NCBI GenBank assembly: GCA_012838805.1
Contig: DUON01000020.1
Location: forward strand, 16,593-80,592
DNA from: Clostridiales bacterium
GTDB taxonomy: Bacteria > Bacillota > Clostridia > Christensenellales > DTU072
DNA length: 64,000 nt
Direction: 5' to 3'
The notes under the pieces are model-generated. The model searched no databases and was not told where the DNA came from. It saw only the letters and a program-made list of their open reading frames with translations. The position numbers and the translations under genes are program-made. Shown piece after piece: positions 10,225 to 22,365 of the stretch; within the stretch, counting starts at the first letter, position 1, and each line of letters starts with the position of its first letter.

Positions 10225-11311
10225 TTGCTTTCTCCTTTGTCATGTTCTTTCTTAACAGCATATCCACAAAAGCGTCTATCCTTGTCATATAGCCCGCCTC
10301 TCCCGTCATTTCGTCCACAATCAAGGTCATGACAGGGATATTAAAGTCCTTTCTTATTTGAGGCAGAATGCTGTCCGCCACAATTTCAGGCATGCATGTC
10401 AGGGGATAAATCTGAATTATGCCGTCATAATGTTGTTTAGCGTATATCACACTGTGCCCCAGCGTCTCTTGGGCGTGACCGCCTATCGGGGTTTTGAGAT
10501 AGGGTTCGGCTTCGGTTTGGAAAAGCTGTTTTTTCCTTATCTTAAGCCCGCCCTTTATTATATGTTCTATTATCCATTCACTTAAATAAAGCGAACGGTT
10601 GACTTCCACGCCCATATTGCCTAACAGCCTATCTATGCCAAGGTTAGTAAAAGGCTCTACTAAGGTATAAATCTCTCCCACCAGACCAATCCTTAAGGGT
10701 TTGTGTCCGCTATCCAAGGGCAGCCTTAACAGCATGAGCTTTGTATCCTCTATGAGCTTAACTATATTCTTACAGCCATAGACGCTCTTGATTTTCTTAT
10801 GAAACTCGTCAATTATTCTGTCCGTTGCGCCCTTTTCTTTTTCCCTCGCCCTTACGACATAGGAAAGAGCTTCCAGCTTGTCCATTTGAATAAGCGCCTT
10901 TAACGCCCTATAAAGCGGAATGGCGGAAGAAGCTATCTTGCCGCCAAAGAGCTTTTTCATCTTTTCCAAAAGCTCTTTTATCCCCTTGTCGTTGAGCTCC
11001 AAGGCGATTATTTCTATATCATAGCCCAAATCCCTCAATATCTCCCTATGCATTTCAGCATAATATCCGAACCTGCACGGACCGCACCCGCCCGTTATGA
11101 CTATGGTATCTGCGCCTTGTTCCATGGCTTGAATAAAATTGCCGATATTGATTTTTAAGGGCAAGCACGCCATTTCCGGGGCGTATTTGGCGCCTATTTC
11201 AAGCGTCCTTTTGTTGCACATGGGAGGTATCACATACTCTATGCCCAGTTCGTCAAACAGGGTCTTTACCAAGACATAGATATTTCCCATATGGGGAAAA
11301 GTAACTTTCAT
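10199..11311 (-). CDS. Activase-related protein (DUF2229-like), paralog B
   Basis: 370 aa. MKVTFPHMGNIYV...EMACLPLKINIGN...GGCGPCRFGYY is typical of the uncharacterised partner domains of CoA-enzyme activases. The start has a GGAGGAGGG RBS. Confidence 0.6.
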   Translation of the reverse strand: MKVTFPHMGNIYVLVKTLFDELGIEYVIPPMCNKRTLEIGAKYAPEMACLPLKINIGNFIQAMEQGADTIVITGGCGPCRFGYYAEMHREILRDLGYDIEIIALELNDKGIKELLEKMKKLFGGKIASSAIPLYRALKALIQMDKLEALSYVVRAREKEKGATDRIIDEFHKKIKSVYGCKNIVKLIEDTKLMLLRLPLDSGHKPLRIGLVGEIYTLVEPFTNLGIDRLLGNMGVEVNRSLYLSEWIIEHIIKGGLKIRKKQLFQTEAEPYLKTPIGGHAQETLGHSVIYAKQHYDGIIQIYPLTCMPEIVADSILPQIRKDFNIPVMTLIVDEMTGEAGYMTRIDAFVDMLLRKNMTKEKASEALFFRN

Positions 11312-12266
11312 CGTCCCTCCTCCATCTCAACATATCCAAAAAAGCCTCTATTCTGGTATTGACTCCCGCTTGCCCCGAATGCTCGTCCAGCACAAGCAGA
11401 CAAAAAGGTATGCCGCTTTTTCTCAATCTCCTTTCGCACAGTTCGGCAATGAAAGAATCTATGCCGCACCCAAAAGACATCAGATAAATCACTCCATCCA
11501 CATTTTTCTTTTCGGTAAAATAAATAGCTGCCCCCATAAGCTTTCTTGCAAAGCTCCAAAAGAGCTTTTTGGGCATTTGTTCAGCCTTTTTGTCGATAAT
11601 CTCTTGACTTATCATCTCGGGGGTGGTTATTTTCACCTTTTCTTGCAAAAGTTTTTTCATTACTGAGATATTCGCATATTCGTCATAGAGATTATACATA
11701 TGACCCATTACCCCGATCTTCAAGTCGCCGTTCTGCGGCGTCTCTTTTCTTTCAAGGATATCGTTGACCAAAGAGCCCTTTTGCATTTGGGCAAGGTATC
11801 TCTTATGCTCAGCCACCGCCTTTTGATAAGCGCTTTTTATCTCCCCCCTATCTGCCGTGAAAAAACTCCCCGCCTCAAAAAAGGCGTCCATTAGTTTACT
11901 TTTATCCTTATGAAGATTTATCTCGGTATCTATTATCGGCGGCAGGTCGGGAATGGAACTTCTTATCATGTCGGGAAGCCCAGTAAATTTGGGGCAGATA
12001 TATTCATACCTCTTAATGCTTCTCAAGCGGGGTATAAAAATAAAGTCCGCCTTTTCTCTCAAGCTCGCCGCATGTGCGTGAAATATCTTAAGTGGCAGGC
12101 ACGCTTCGTTTACGCAGTACTTTGCCCCTTGGTCGAACATGCTCTTATTGGTCTTTTGAGAAACAACTATTTGGGCTCCCAAACTCTCAAAAAATGTTTT
12201 CCATAACGGCATATATTCGTAATACAACAAAGCTCTGGGCAACCCTAATTTTATTGACAAATCCAC
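11253..12266 (-). CDS. Activase-related protein (DUF2229-like), paralog A
   Basis: 337 aa. LGLPRALLYYEYMPLWKTFFESLG...NEACLPLKIFHAH...MSFGCGIDSF matches the family. Its 3' end overlaps the next gene by 59 nt. Confidence 0.6.
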   Translation of the reverse strand: MDLSIKLGLPRALLYYEYMPLWKTFFESLGAQIVVSQKTNKSMFDQGAKYCVNEACLPLKIFHAHAASLREKADFIFIPRLRSIKRYEYICPKFTGLPDMIRSSIPDLPPIIDTEINLHKDKSKLMDAFFEAGSFFTADRGEIKSAYQKAVAEHKRYLAQMQKGSLVNDILERKETPQNGDLKIGVMGHMYNLYDEYANISVMKKLLQEKVKITTPEMISQEIIDKKAEQMPKKLFWSFARKLMGAAIYFTEKKNVDGVIYLMSFGCGIDSFIAELCERRLRKSGIPFCLLVLDEHSGQAGVNTRIEAFLDMLRWRRDDESYFSPYGKYLCLGKDPV

Positions 12267-12400
12267 CTCCTGACCGCAACTTTTATTATGGTGGAAAAAG
12301 TTTGTTTTATTCGGTCACAAATTGGCAGAAAAAACCCAAAACAGCACTCAAACGGTTAATAAATAAAAAACAATATACAATAGACTCAAGCCAAATTTAT

Positions 12401-12428
12401 TTGACTATTTCTTAAATAGGAGTATAAT
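12401..12428 (+). promoter_or_regulatory. Sigma-A-type promoter for the PFOR gene
   Basis: TTGACT (12401-12406), a 16-nt spacer, then TATAAT (12423-12428), ~48 nt upstream of the ATG. Confidence 0.5.
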
Positions 12429-12430
12429 AG

Positions 12431-15970
<3,540 letters not shown>

Positions 15971-15980
15971 TAGTAAAGAA

Positions 15981-16007
15981 AGCGGTCCAAAAGACCGCTT
16001 TTTTTTA
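15981..16007. terminator. Bidirectional intrinsic terminator (PFOR / ABC operon convergent)
   Basis: agcggtc-caaaa-gaccgct followed by T8. Confidence 0.8.
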
Positions 16008-16031
16008 TTCGTTTTTTATAGAAAACTGAGA

Positions 16032-17111
16032 TTAAGCTATATCCCTTTTATCAAAAACAATATAAGACGCCGCCAAGAACGCTGAAATATACGCTACAAA
16101 CATTCCAAGGGAGAGAAGAAAACTTCCGCCCGGTTTTACACCATAGGATATGCCGAAAAACACGCTGAAGTCTATGTTTGTGGTAAACAAAAAACGCCCT
16201 ATCCCCAACAGTTCTAAAAGAGGAGCCAAGGCGCCAAGACCGACCAGCACGCCGACCATTATGCCAAAGACACGGCTTTTGGTCACCGTACCCAGCGTAA
16301 AAGCGAACAGCACAGAGGCGAACAGCCTTATCAGTGAAAACAAGGCATTCAAAAACAGCATAAGGGTGTTGGTGCCGATAAAGACTGTTGAGGCGTTGAA
16401 GACTATCAGCAATTTTTGCGTTCCGCCCAAAGGATACCTAAGCCCATAAAGAAAGGCGACAAGGGACGCCCCCGCGACGACTGACGCCACACACACAAAA
16501 AGCGCTAAGATCTTTGCCGTTGTCAATTTGTTTCTGGTTATCGGACGCATAAGCACCATTTTCAAGCTGCCAGCTTGCAGCTCTTTGGCATAGCTCCCCG
16601 CCCCTATGGCCACACCATAGATCATTATCACCATGAAAAAAATCCCCAAGAAATTTAAGGCGAAGTGTTGCGTGGTTATATCGTTGTACAGATATCCGTT
16701 GTATATGGGGATTTTCCGATTATATATTTTCTTTTCCTTGATATATTCAAAGACCGCCACCATGGTTTTTGCCTGATAAACGGGGTCTGACGACATCCGA
16801 TAAAAATACTCGGATTGTTTTTGCTCTTGGGCGGATTTTAATTGGGCCTTTGCAAGACTTATGTATTCGTCTATATTCTCAGGGGTATATTCCACCATTC
16901 CGTCAATAGCCGCGCCAATATCGGGGTGGTCGGGGTTTTGAAGTGGAGGCCTCTCTATTTGCTGATCTTCCAGTTCCTCCATAAATTTTCTGGTTTCCTC
17001 ATACCCTATTGCCTGGAGTGTAAAAAAGACCAAAAAGAGAAGAACCAGCGCGATTATGGATTTTGGCCGAAATATTTTTTTTATTTCGCCCAAAAACAGC
17101 TGATTAAACAT
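16032..17111 (-). CDS. ABC-2 type transporter permease, paralog 1
   Basis: 359 aa with an N-terminal TM, a large extracytoplasmic loop and 5 C-terminal TMs. Conserved LKMVLMRPITRNKLTTAKILALF and the C-terminus FDKRDIA are present. Confidence 0.7.
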   Translation of the reverse strand: MFNQLFLGEIKKIFRPKSIIALVLLFLVFFTLQAIGYEETRKFMEELEDQQIERPPLQNPDHPDIGAAIDGMVEYTPENIDEYISLAKAQLKSAQEQKQSEYFYRMSSDPVYQAKTMVAVFEYIKEKKIYNRKIPIYNGYLYNDITTQHFALNFLGIFFMVIMIYGVAIGAGSYAKELQAGSLKMVLMRPITRNKLTTAKILALFVCVASVVAGASLVAFLYGLRYPLGGTQKLLIVFNASTVFIGTNTLMLFLNALFSLIRLFASVLFAFTLGTVTKSRVFGIMVGVLVGLGALAPLLELLGIGRFLFTTNIDFSVFFGISYGVKPGGSFLLSLGMFVAYISAFLAASYIVFDKRDIA

Positions 17112-18087
17112 CTATGCTCCCCCCCTCGGTAAGACTTATGAATATCTCTTCCAAGCTTGTCTCTTTTGTCTGCACGCCGTATATGTCTATGCCGTTAAGC
17201 ACAAGTTCTCTGGTGATATCGTTTGTGGGGATATCCGTTTGGATTATCAACTGTTTGTTGTTGACCTCAGCGCTTATTTTGAATTTTTCTTTTAATAATG
17301 CCGCTGCCTCCTCGGGTTTGTTAGTTGAGAGAAGAATTTTTTTGCCTTGTTTTTCAGAAGCAAGCTCATTTATACTCCTTTCGGCGATAATCTTGCCCTT
17401 ATTTATTATCAAGATCCTGTCGCACATAAGCTGCATTTCCGCAAGCTGATGAGAGGAGACCAAAATCCCCATATTATGCTTATGGGCAAGCATCTTGAGC
17501 ATATCCCTTATGTCCTTTATGCCGGCAGGATCAAGACCGTTTGCAGGTTCGTCCAAAATCAAGAGCTTGGGTTTATTCAAAAGTGCTTGTGAGACACCAA
17601 GCCTTTGTTTCATTCCCAAGGAATACTTCTTCAGATTTTCGTCCTTTCTTGCCGTCATTCCCACAAACTCCAAGACCTCTGCTATCCTCTTTTTGTCAAG
17701 CTCTTTTTTGGAAAGGGAGCTCGTTCCGTTTTCTACCGTTTCCATGGTGTCCCTTGGGTGGAGGCTGGCAAAATACCTTAAGTTCTCCTCTCCCGTCCAG
17801 TTGAGGTACATATCTGGCGACTCAATGACTCCCCCCACATATTTCATAGCCTTTTCTCTATCTTTTTTTATGTTATAACCCATGATATAGATATCCCCCG
17901 AAGTGGGAGAGGCTATGCCGCATATCATCTTAATAGCTGTACTCTTCCCCGCTCCATTGGGTCCCAAAAATCCCACAATCTCGCCCGGAAAGACCTCAAA
18001 AGAGGCGTTGTCTACGGCTTTAATATTGCTCTTTCCAAACCTTGTATATACCTTGGTCACATTTTTTACCTGCAATACTGGCTGCAT
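17104..18087 (-). CDS. ABC transporter ATP-binding protein
   Basis: The start is set at the ATG at 18087 (MQPVLQVKNVTKVY), with GGAGG 8 nt upstream. Walker A GPNGAGKST, the signature LGMKQRLG and Walker B LLILDEP are present. Confidence 0.85.
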   Translation of the reverse strand: MQPVLQVKNVTKVYTRFGKSNIKAVDNASFEVFPGEIVGFLGPNGAGKSTAIKMICGIASPTSGDIYIMGYNIKKDREKAMKYVGGVIESPDMYLNWTGEENLRYFASLHPRDTMETVENGTSSLSKKELDKKRIAEVLEFVGMTARKDENLKKYSLGMKQRLGVSQALLNKPKLLILDEPANGLDPAGIKDIRDMLKMLAHKHNMGILVSSHQLAEMQLMCDRILIINKGKIIAERSINELASEKQGKKILLSTNKPEEAAALLKEKFKISAEVNNKQLIIQTDIPTNDITRELVLNGIDIYGVQTKETSLEEIFISLTEGGSIDV

Positions 18088-18105
18088 AATTTTAACCTCC
18101 AAAAA

Positions 18106-18606
18106 CTATCTCAAATGAATTTTCGTCTTTTTTATACCTAAGTACAGCGGCAGTCCGAGAATAAAAATCACCGCGGACTGTGTCGCCATAATCGTCCACA
18201 TATTTAGAAAATAGCCCTTGTCCCCTGCGAACCATAACCAGATAAGCGGCAAGACCAAGGCGTTTACGAATATAGGCGGAAAACTTGCCAAAACAGGCAT
18301 GATTTCCATATCCTTAAGTCTTTTTCGTGTGGCGATAAATCTGGTCAGCACCGCTGCGATAAGCGTCGCCGCCGTTCCAAAGACCATGTCATACCATCCA
18401 TAAGGCGAAAAAACATTCGCAATCAAACATCCTATGGTCAAGCCCGCCACCGCCTCCGAAAAGAGTATAGGCAGAAGCGTCAGGCTTTCCGCCGCCCTGA
18501 ACTGAAAAGGTCCATATGATATCGCGGGTATGGCAAGCGTCATAACCGCGTACATTGCGGCGATAGCCGCCGCTCGTGCAATATATTTCAAAGCTCTTTT
18601 TTTCAT
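18106..18606 (-). CDS. queT: QueT-family membrane protein (putative queuosine-precursor ECF S-component)
   Basis: 166 aa with 5-6 TMs. The hallmark ISYGPFQFRAAESLTLLPILF and the overall QueT (PF06177-like) layout are present. Confidence 0.65.
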   Translation of the reverse strand: MKKRALKYIARAAAIAAMYAVMTLAIPAISYGPFQFRAAESLTLLPILFSEAVAGLTIGCLIANVFSPYGWYDMVFGTAATLIAAVLTRFIATRKRLKDMEIMPVLASFPPIFVNALVLPLIWLWFAGDKGYFLNMWTIMATQSAVIFILGLPLYLGIKKTKIHLR

Positions 18607-18607
18607 C

Positions 18608-19684
18608 TTAGGCTATATCCCTTTTATTGAATGAAACATAAGTCGCAGCCAAAAACAAAGCCAGATATCCGATAAGCAGCCCAAGGGCAAGGAAGAAATT
18701 CCCGCCTGCTGGGACAAGAGAAGTTACGCCAAAATAAATCCCTAAATTGGACGACGAAGTGAACAAGAATCTTCCTATCTTCAAAAGAGACAGTATCGTG
18801 GTCAGAATCCCCATGTTTATTATCACGCCAATGATTATCGAGACCGTCTTTTTTCTAATCAAAACGCCAAGCGTAAAACCTAAAATGACCATCGCCAAAA
18901 GCTGTATCAGCGAAGCAAAAATCACAATGAACAGCGCTAAGGAGTTTGTTCCCATAAACACTTTCTGAGCATTGAACACAATCAGTAAAGCGTGTGTATC
19001 TATGGATGCTCCATATCTTATGACTCCATAGATATGCGCCAATAAAATGCTTATCAAAAAAACCCCGCCGGTTATGGTAAAGAGTGCAAGAAGTTTAGCT
19101 GTCGTCAGCTTGTTTCGGGTCACTGGTCGCATAAATATCATCTTCAGCGTGCCCGAATCCATCTCTTCGGCATAACTTATACATCCAAGCACCACGCCGT
19201 ATATCAAAAGAATGGATAAAAGGGTGTTAACAAATCCGCCCAAAAAGGCTTGGGCTGAAAGCTGGGTCTGGAACAGAGCGTTAGGGGAATATATCTCTAT
19301 CTCTTGACCATAAAGCTCATTTTCTTGAATATACTCCAAAGCCTTGAGATAACCTTCAAGCTCATACATTTGGTCATAGTTCAATCGAGAAAGAATATCG
19401 TCGTTGTCTTGTGCCTCTTTTGCCTCTTTAATCAAAAGTTTTGTCCCGGCGATATGCGTTTGAACTATTTCTGGGGTATAGACTTGTTTTTGATATACGG
19501 AGCCGAAAACATCAAAAGGCTCTTGCCCTTGCTCTGGAGTCTCCATGTCTTTAGAGACTTGCACCATAAAGTCATAAGTGACGCCGTATAGAACTAAGAA
19601 TAAGATAATTATTGCCGCTAAAATAATAAGACCTTTTGGTCTGATGAGTTTTTTTAATTCGCCAAGATATATATTCCCAAACAT
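18608..19684 (-). CDS. ABC-2 type transporter permease, paralog 2
   Basis: 358 aa, collinear with 16032-17111. The N-terminus matches (MFGNIYLGELKKLIRPK vs MFNQLFLGEIKKIFRPK). The core LKMIFMRPVTRNKLTTAKLLALF matches, and the C-terminus FNKRDIA matches. Confidence 0.7.
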   Translation of the reverse strand: MFGNIYLGELKKLIRPKGLIILAAIIILFLVLYGVTYDFMVQVSKDMETPEQGQEPFDVFGSVYQKQVYTPEIVQTHIAGTKLLIKEAKEAQDNDDILSRLNYDQMYELEGYLKALEYIQENELYGQEIEIYSPNALFQTQLSAQAFLGGFVNTLLSILLIYGVVLGCISYAEEMDSGTLKMIFMRPVTRNKLTTAKLLALFTITGGVFLISILLAHIYGVIRYGASIDTHALLIVFNAQKVFMGTNSLALFIVIFASLIQLLAMVILGFTLGVLIRKKTVSIIIGVIINMGILTTILSLLKIGRFLFTSSSNLGIYFGVTSLVPAGGNFFLALGLLIGYLALFLAATYVSFNKRDIA

Positions 19685-19932
19685 GACTTAAATATTCCCC
19701 TATTTATTCGTATTATAAATTATATTCTTTTTGCCAAGCAAGATTATATAACATTTCTATTATATATACTATTTTCTCCATAAAGAAATTCTTTTCAATA
19801 TCCTCTAATAATATCAATCGTCTTACAAACTTCCCTTATTAAAAGACAAAATCTCCAACCTTTTTGAGCTTATCAATAGCCTATTTTTTCAAAACAAGAA
19901 AAACCTCATTGTTTATACTTTTTCAGCCTTGG

Positions 19933-19959
19933 AAAAAAGGCTGTCTCCTTGAGACAGCC
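19933..19959 (-). terminator. Intrinsic terminator after rpsR
   Basis: On the minus-strand RNA, ggctgtctc-aag-gagacagcc is followed by uuuuuu. Confidence 0.8.
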
Positions 19960-19967
19960 CGTCGCTC

Positions 19968-20255
19968 TTAGTCAGCTTTGAAAGGAAGCAGGGCCATTAT
20001 TCGGGCTCTCTTTATTGCCTGTGCCAACATTCTTTGATGCTTTACACACACGCCGCTTGTTCTTCTGGGGATTATCTTCCCGCTTTCGGCGATATATCTT
20101 GTCCTTTTTTCGCCGTTTTTATCAAAATTCTTGTCTTTGGTCTTTTCGATTTCTTTGACAAGCTCGATATAATCGATCTCTTCTACTTTATTTACGCAAA
20201 AATTGCAAACCTTTCTTCTGGGTGATCTCTTATATACTTTCTTTCTATCTTTCAT
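19968..20255 (-). CDS. rpsR: 30S ribosomal protein S18 (with an internal ~16-aa insertion)
   Basis: 95 aa. RRKVCNFC...IDY...[34 protein letters not shown] aligns to S18. Confidence 0.9.
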   Translation of the reverse strand: MKDRKKVYKRSPRRKVCNFCVNKVEEIDYIELVKEIEKTKDKNFDKNGEKRTRYIAESGKIIPRRTSGVCVKHQRMLAQAIKRARIMALLPFKAD

Positions 20256-20274
20256 CTTTTACTCTCCTTATTCT

Positions 20275-20685
20275 TTAAAATGGAAGTTCGTCGTCCACGG
20301 GCTTCAAATCGCTGAGCTTCTTGCTCTCTTCAATTTCGGGAAGCTCCTGCACATCAACAAAGTCCGCACTCCTTGAACTTAGAAACTGCACTTCGTCGGC
20401 GTTGATTTCTGTGATAAATCTTCTTGTGCCGTCGCTTGCCTCATAGCTTCTGGTCTGTATGGAGCCGCATATGCCTACCTTGCTGCCCTTACGAAGGTAT
20501 CTTCCGCAATTCTCGGCTTGACTCCTCCAGCAAACAACGGGCAGAAAGTCAGTCTCTCTTGTGCCGTCGCTGTTTGTATACCGCCTGGAAACCGCCACCG
20601 TAAACTTGCACAAAGCGATATTATTCGCGGTCATTGTGAGCTCTGGGTCTCGGGTAAGATTTCCTATTAAGATAACCTTGTTCAT
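20275..20685 (-). CDS. ssb: Single-stranded DNA-binding protein
   Basis: 136 aa with the OB fold MNKVILIGNLTRDPEL and an acidic tip ending DDELPF. Confidence 0.9.
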   Translation of the reverse strand: MNKVILIGNLTRDPELTMTANNIALCKFTVAVSRRYTNSDGTRETDFLPVVCWRSQAENCGRYLRKGSKVGICGSIQTRSYEASDGTRRFITEINADEVQFLSSRSADFVDVQELPEIEESKKLSDLKPVDDELPF

Positions 20686-20695
20686 AATTTTCTCC

Positions 20696-20977
20696 TTATA
20701 TCTTGTTTATCATTTGACGAACAATACTTTCGTTAAATCTCATCTGACGGTCGATTTCAGCGGGTGCGGCAGGATTGGCTGTGAATTTCATCAGCACATA
20801 ATAGCCTTCTTTTTTGTAGTTAATGGGATAGGCGAATTTCTTCACGCCCCATTTCTCTACCGCCGTTATCTCCCCTTGATTGGACTCCACAAGAGCGGCA
20901 ATTTTGTCAACAATCGCCTGTCTTTGGTCTTCAGGGGTGTCGATGTCGATAATAAACAGCATTTGATAATCGTTCAT
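20696..20977 (-). CDS. rpsF: 30S ribosomal protein S6
   Basis: The start was moved to the ATG at 20977 (MNDYQMLFIIDIDTPEDQ), with a GGAGG RBS. 93 aa. It heads the rpsF-ssb-rpsR operon order. Confidence 0.9.
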   Translation of the reverse strand: MNDYQMLFIIDIDTPEDQRQAIVDKIAALVESNQGEITAVEKWGVKKFAYPINYKKEGYYVLMKFTANPAAPAEIDRQMRFNESIVRQMINKI

Positions 20978-21169
20978 GTCCTTATACCTCCTTTTGGTCT
21001 TATTCGGCTCTTTTGTCAAAAAAAGAGCAAGGATTTCTTTTCGCTGTTGAAAATAGCAAAATGTTTTCTTATTATAATTTATTTTCTTATATTTGTAAAG
21101 TAAAAATATACCCTTTTTTAGGATACACCTTAATTCTATAAAAAATTTTTTTACAAAACAGCAAATGCT

Positions 21170-22045
21170 TCAATATACATAGAGCTTTATTTTTTGCTTG
21201 TGGATATTGATGTCGAACTCTCCCTTCATATCTATCTTTTCACCGTCTATGGTGAAGGTCCGAACATCTTCGAGGCTGACTTTTGCTTGGGAAAATTCCT
21301 CAAACACGATATTTTTGGATTTATACGGTTTTTTGAACCCGATAAAAAACGCCCTAAAGAAAGGAAAGAACATCTTTATCATGGAAAGAAGCCCTTTTCC
21401 CTTGGGCGCTTTTATCAAAAGCAGGTGCGCCTTGCCGCTTCTATGGTCGTACATCTTATTGAAATTAAAGCCAAAGCACCTTTGGGAATTGATTGCCATA
21501 ATAAGGGTATAAACCCCTTCGTGACAAGAGTTTTCCGTCTGTATTTTTGCTTTTATGTGGTGGACTTTATACTCCCTTAAGACTTCAAAAAGATACGCCA
21601 AGACCTTTATCTTTTTTTTCATCTTGATGTTTGTCTTATAGCCTATTGCGGTGAAAGAGCCCGCCGCCGCCACATAAGAAAAAAGAGTTCCCCCTATTTC
21701 GCCTATGTCTACCCGTCTTATACTTCTGTTTTCATCCCTCAGCTTGGATGTCAGCTGCAAGGTTTTTGCGGTGTCGTTGAGTGTGCCGCAAGGGATATAT
21801 ATAAAGTCAAGTTTCTTATCCCGAATAGAGTTTATGGCGTTATTAAAAGTGCCGTCCCCGCCGCATACGGCAAGGGCGTCGTATCCTGAAATGTTTCTTT
21901 TGATGTCCACGGGGCTGTTTTCTTCTATATAAAGCGTGTCCACAACATCATAGGCTTTCCTAAGAGTATTGTAGACATCGGGGTTGTTCATTGCTCTTGA
22001 ACAGTTTCCGCTTATTTTATTAATAAGCAAAAGACATCTTTTCAT
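21170..22045 (-). CDS. Diacylglycerol kinase-family lipid kinase (YegS/BmrU-type)
   Basis: 291 aa. It shows LLINKISG and the catalytic-domain GGDGT motif (AVCGGDGTFNNAIN). Confidence 0.8.
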   Translation of the reverse strand: MKRCLLLINKISGNCSRAMNNPDVYNTLRKAYDVVDTLYIEENSPVDIKRNISGYDALAVCGGDGTFNNAINSIRDKKLDFIYIPCGTLNDTAKTLQLTSKLRDENRSIRRVDIGEIGGTLFSYVAAAGSFTAIGYKTNIKMKKKIKVLAYLFEVLREYKVHHIKAKIQTENSCHEGVYTLIMAINSQRCFGFNFNKMYDHRSGKAHLLLIKAPKGKGLLSMIKMFFPFFRAFFIGFKKPYKSKNIVFEEFSQAKVSLEDVRTFTIDGEKIDMKGEFDINIHKQKIKLYVY

Positions 22046-22095
22046 ATCGATTCCCTTATTTATTATAATTTAGAGTATATCATAAAAATATACCC

Positions 22096-22287
22096 TTAGC
22101 AACATTTATCGCACCTCGGTCTATTGCAGTGCGCGAATCTATGGCTTTGTCTAATTAAACAATGTTTGCACAATAGGTTCATCATATCCCTACAAAGGCA
22201 GTCTTTTTCTTTTTTGGCGTGCGGAACGCATACCCTTTTCCCAAAAGCTTGGTCATAAGTAATCCAATTTCTGTAGTACCGTCTCAT
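22096..22287 (-). CDS. Small basic Cys/His-rich protein, unknown function
   Basis: 63 aa with 9 Cys and 5 His (..CVPH..CLC..CKHC..HCNRPRCDKCC). GGAGG lies 7 nt upstream of the ATG. It is divergent from the DUF5058 operon promoter. Confidence 0.45.
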   Translation of the reverse strand: MRRYYRNWITYDQAFGKRVCVPHAKKEKDCLCRDMMNLLCKHCLIRQSHRFAHCNRPRCDKCC

Positions 22288-22297
22288 TTCTTCCTCC

Positions 22298-22326
22298 TTG
22301 ACTATCGAGTGGGGCTACTATATAAT
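22298..22326 (+). promoter_or_regulatory. Consensus sigma-A promoter of the DUF5058/ATPase operon
   Basis: TTGACT (22298-22303), a 17-nt spacer, then TATAAT (22321-22326). The -35 element abuts the RBS of the divergent small gene. Confidence 0.6.
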
Positions 22327-22365
22327 TATTCTATTAGACAAGGGGTTGTTATCGGGAGGTTATGA

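Noticed and set aside
19685-19967. Possible preQ1 riboswitch upstream of the queT-containing operon
   Set aside because: I read the minus-strand leader and found no preQ1-I/II-like core (no conserved C-rich loop with an A-rich tail pseudoknot). I saw only AT-rich promoter-like sequence and the rpsR terminator.
21007-21028. 8-bp hairpin (gctctttt...aaaagagc) in the rpsF leader as an S6:S18 autoregulatory element, and the ~70-nt rplM leader as an L13 leader
   Set aside because: Ribosomal leaders are plausible here. I cannot match the conserved secondary-structure features from memory with confidence, so covariance-model scans are needed.
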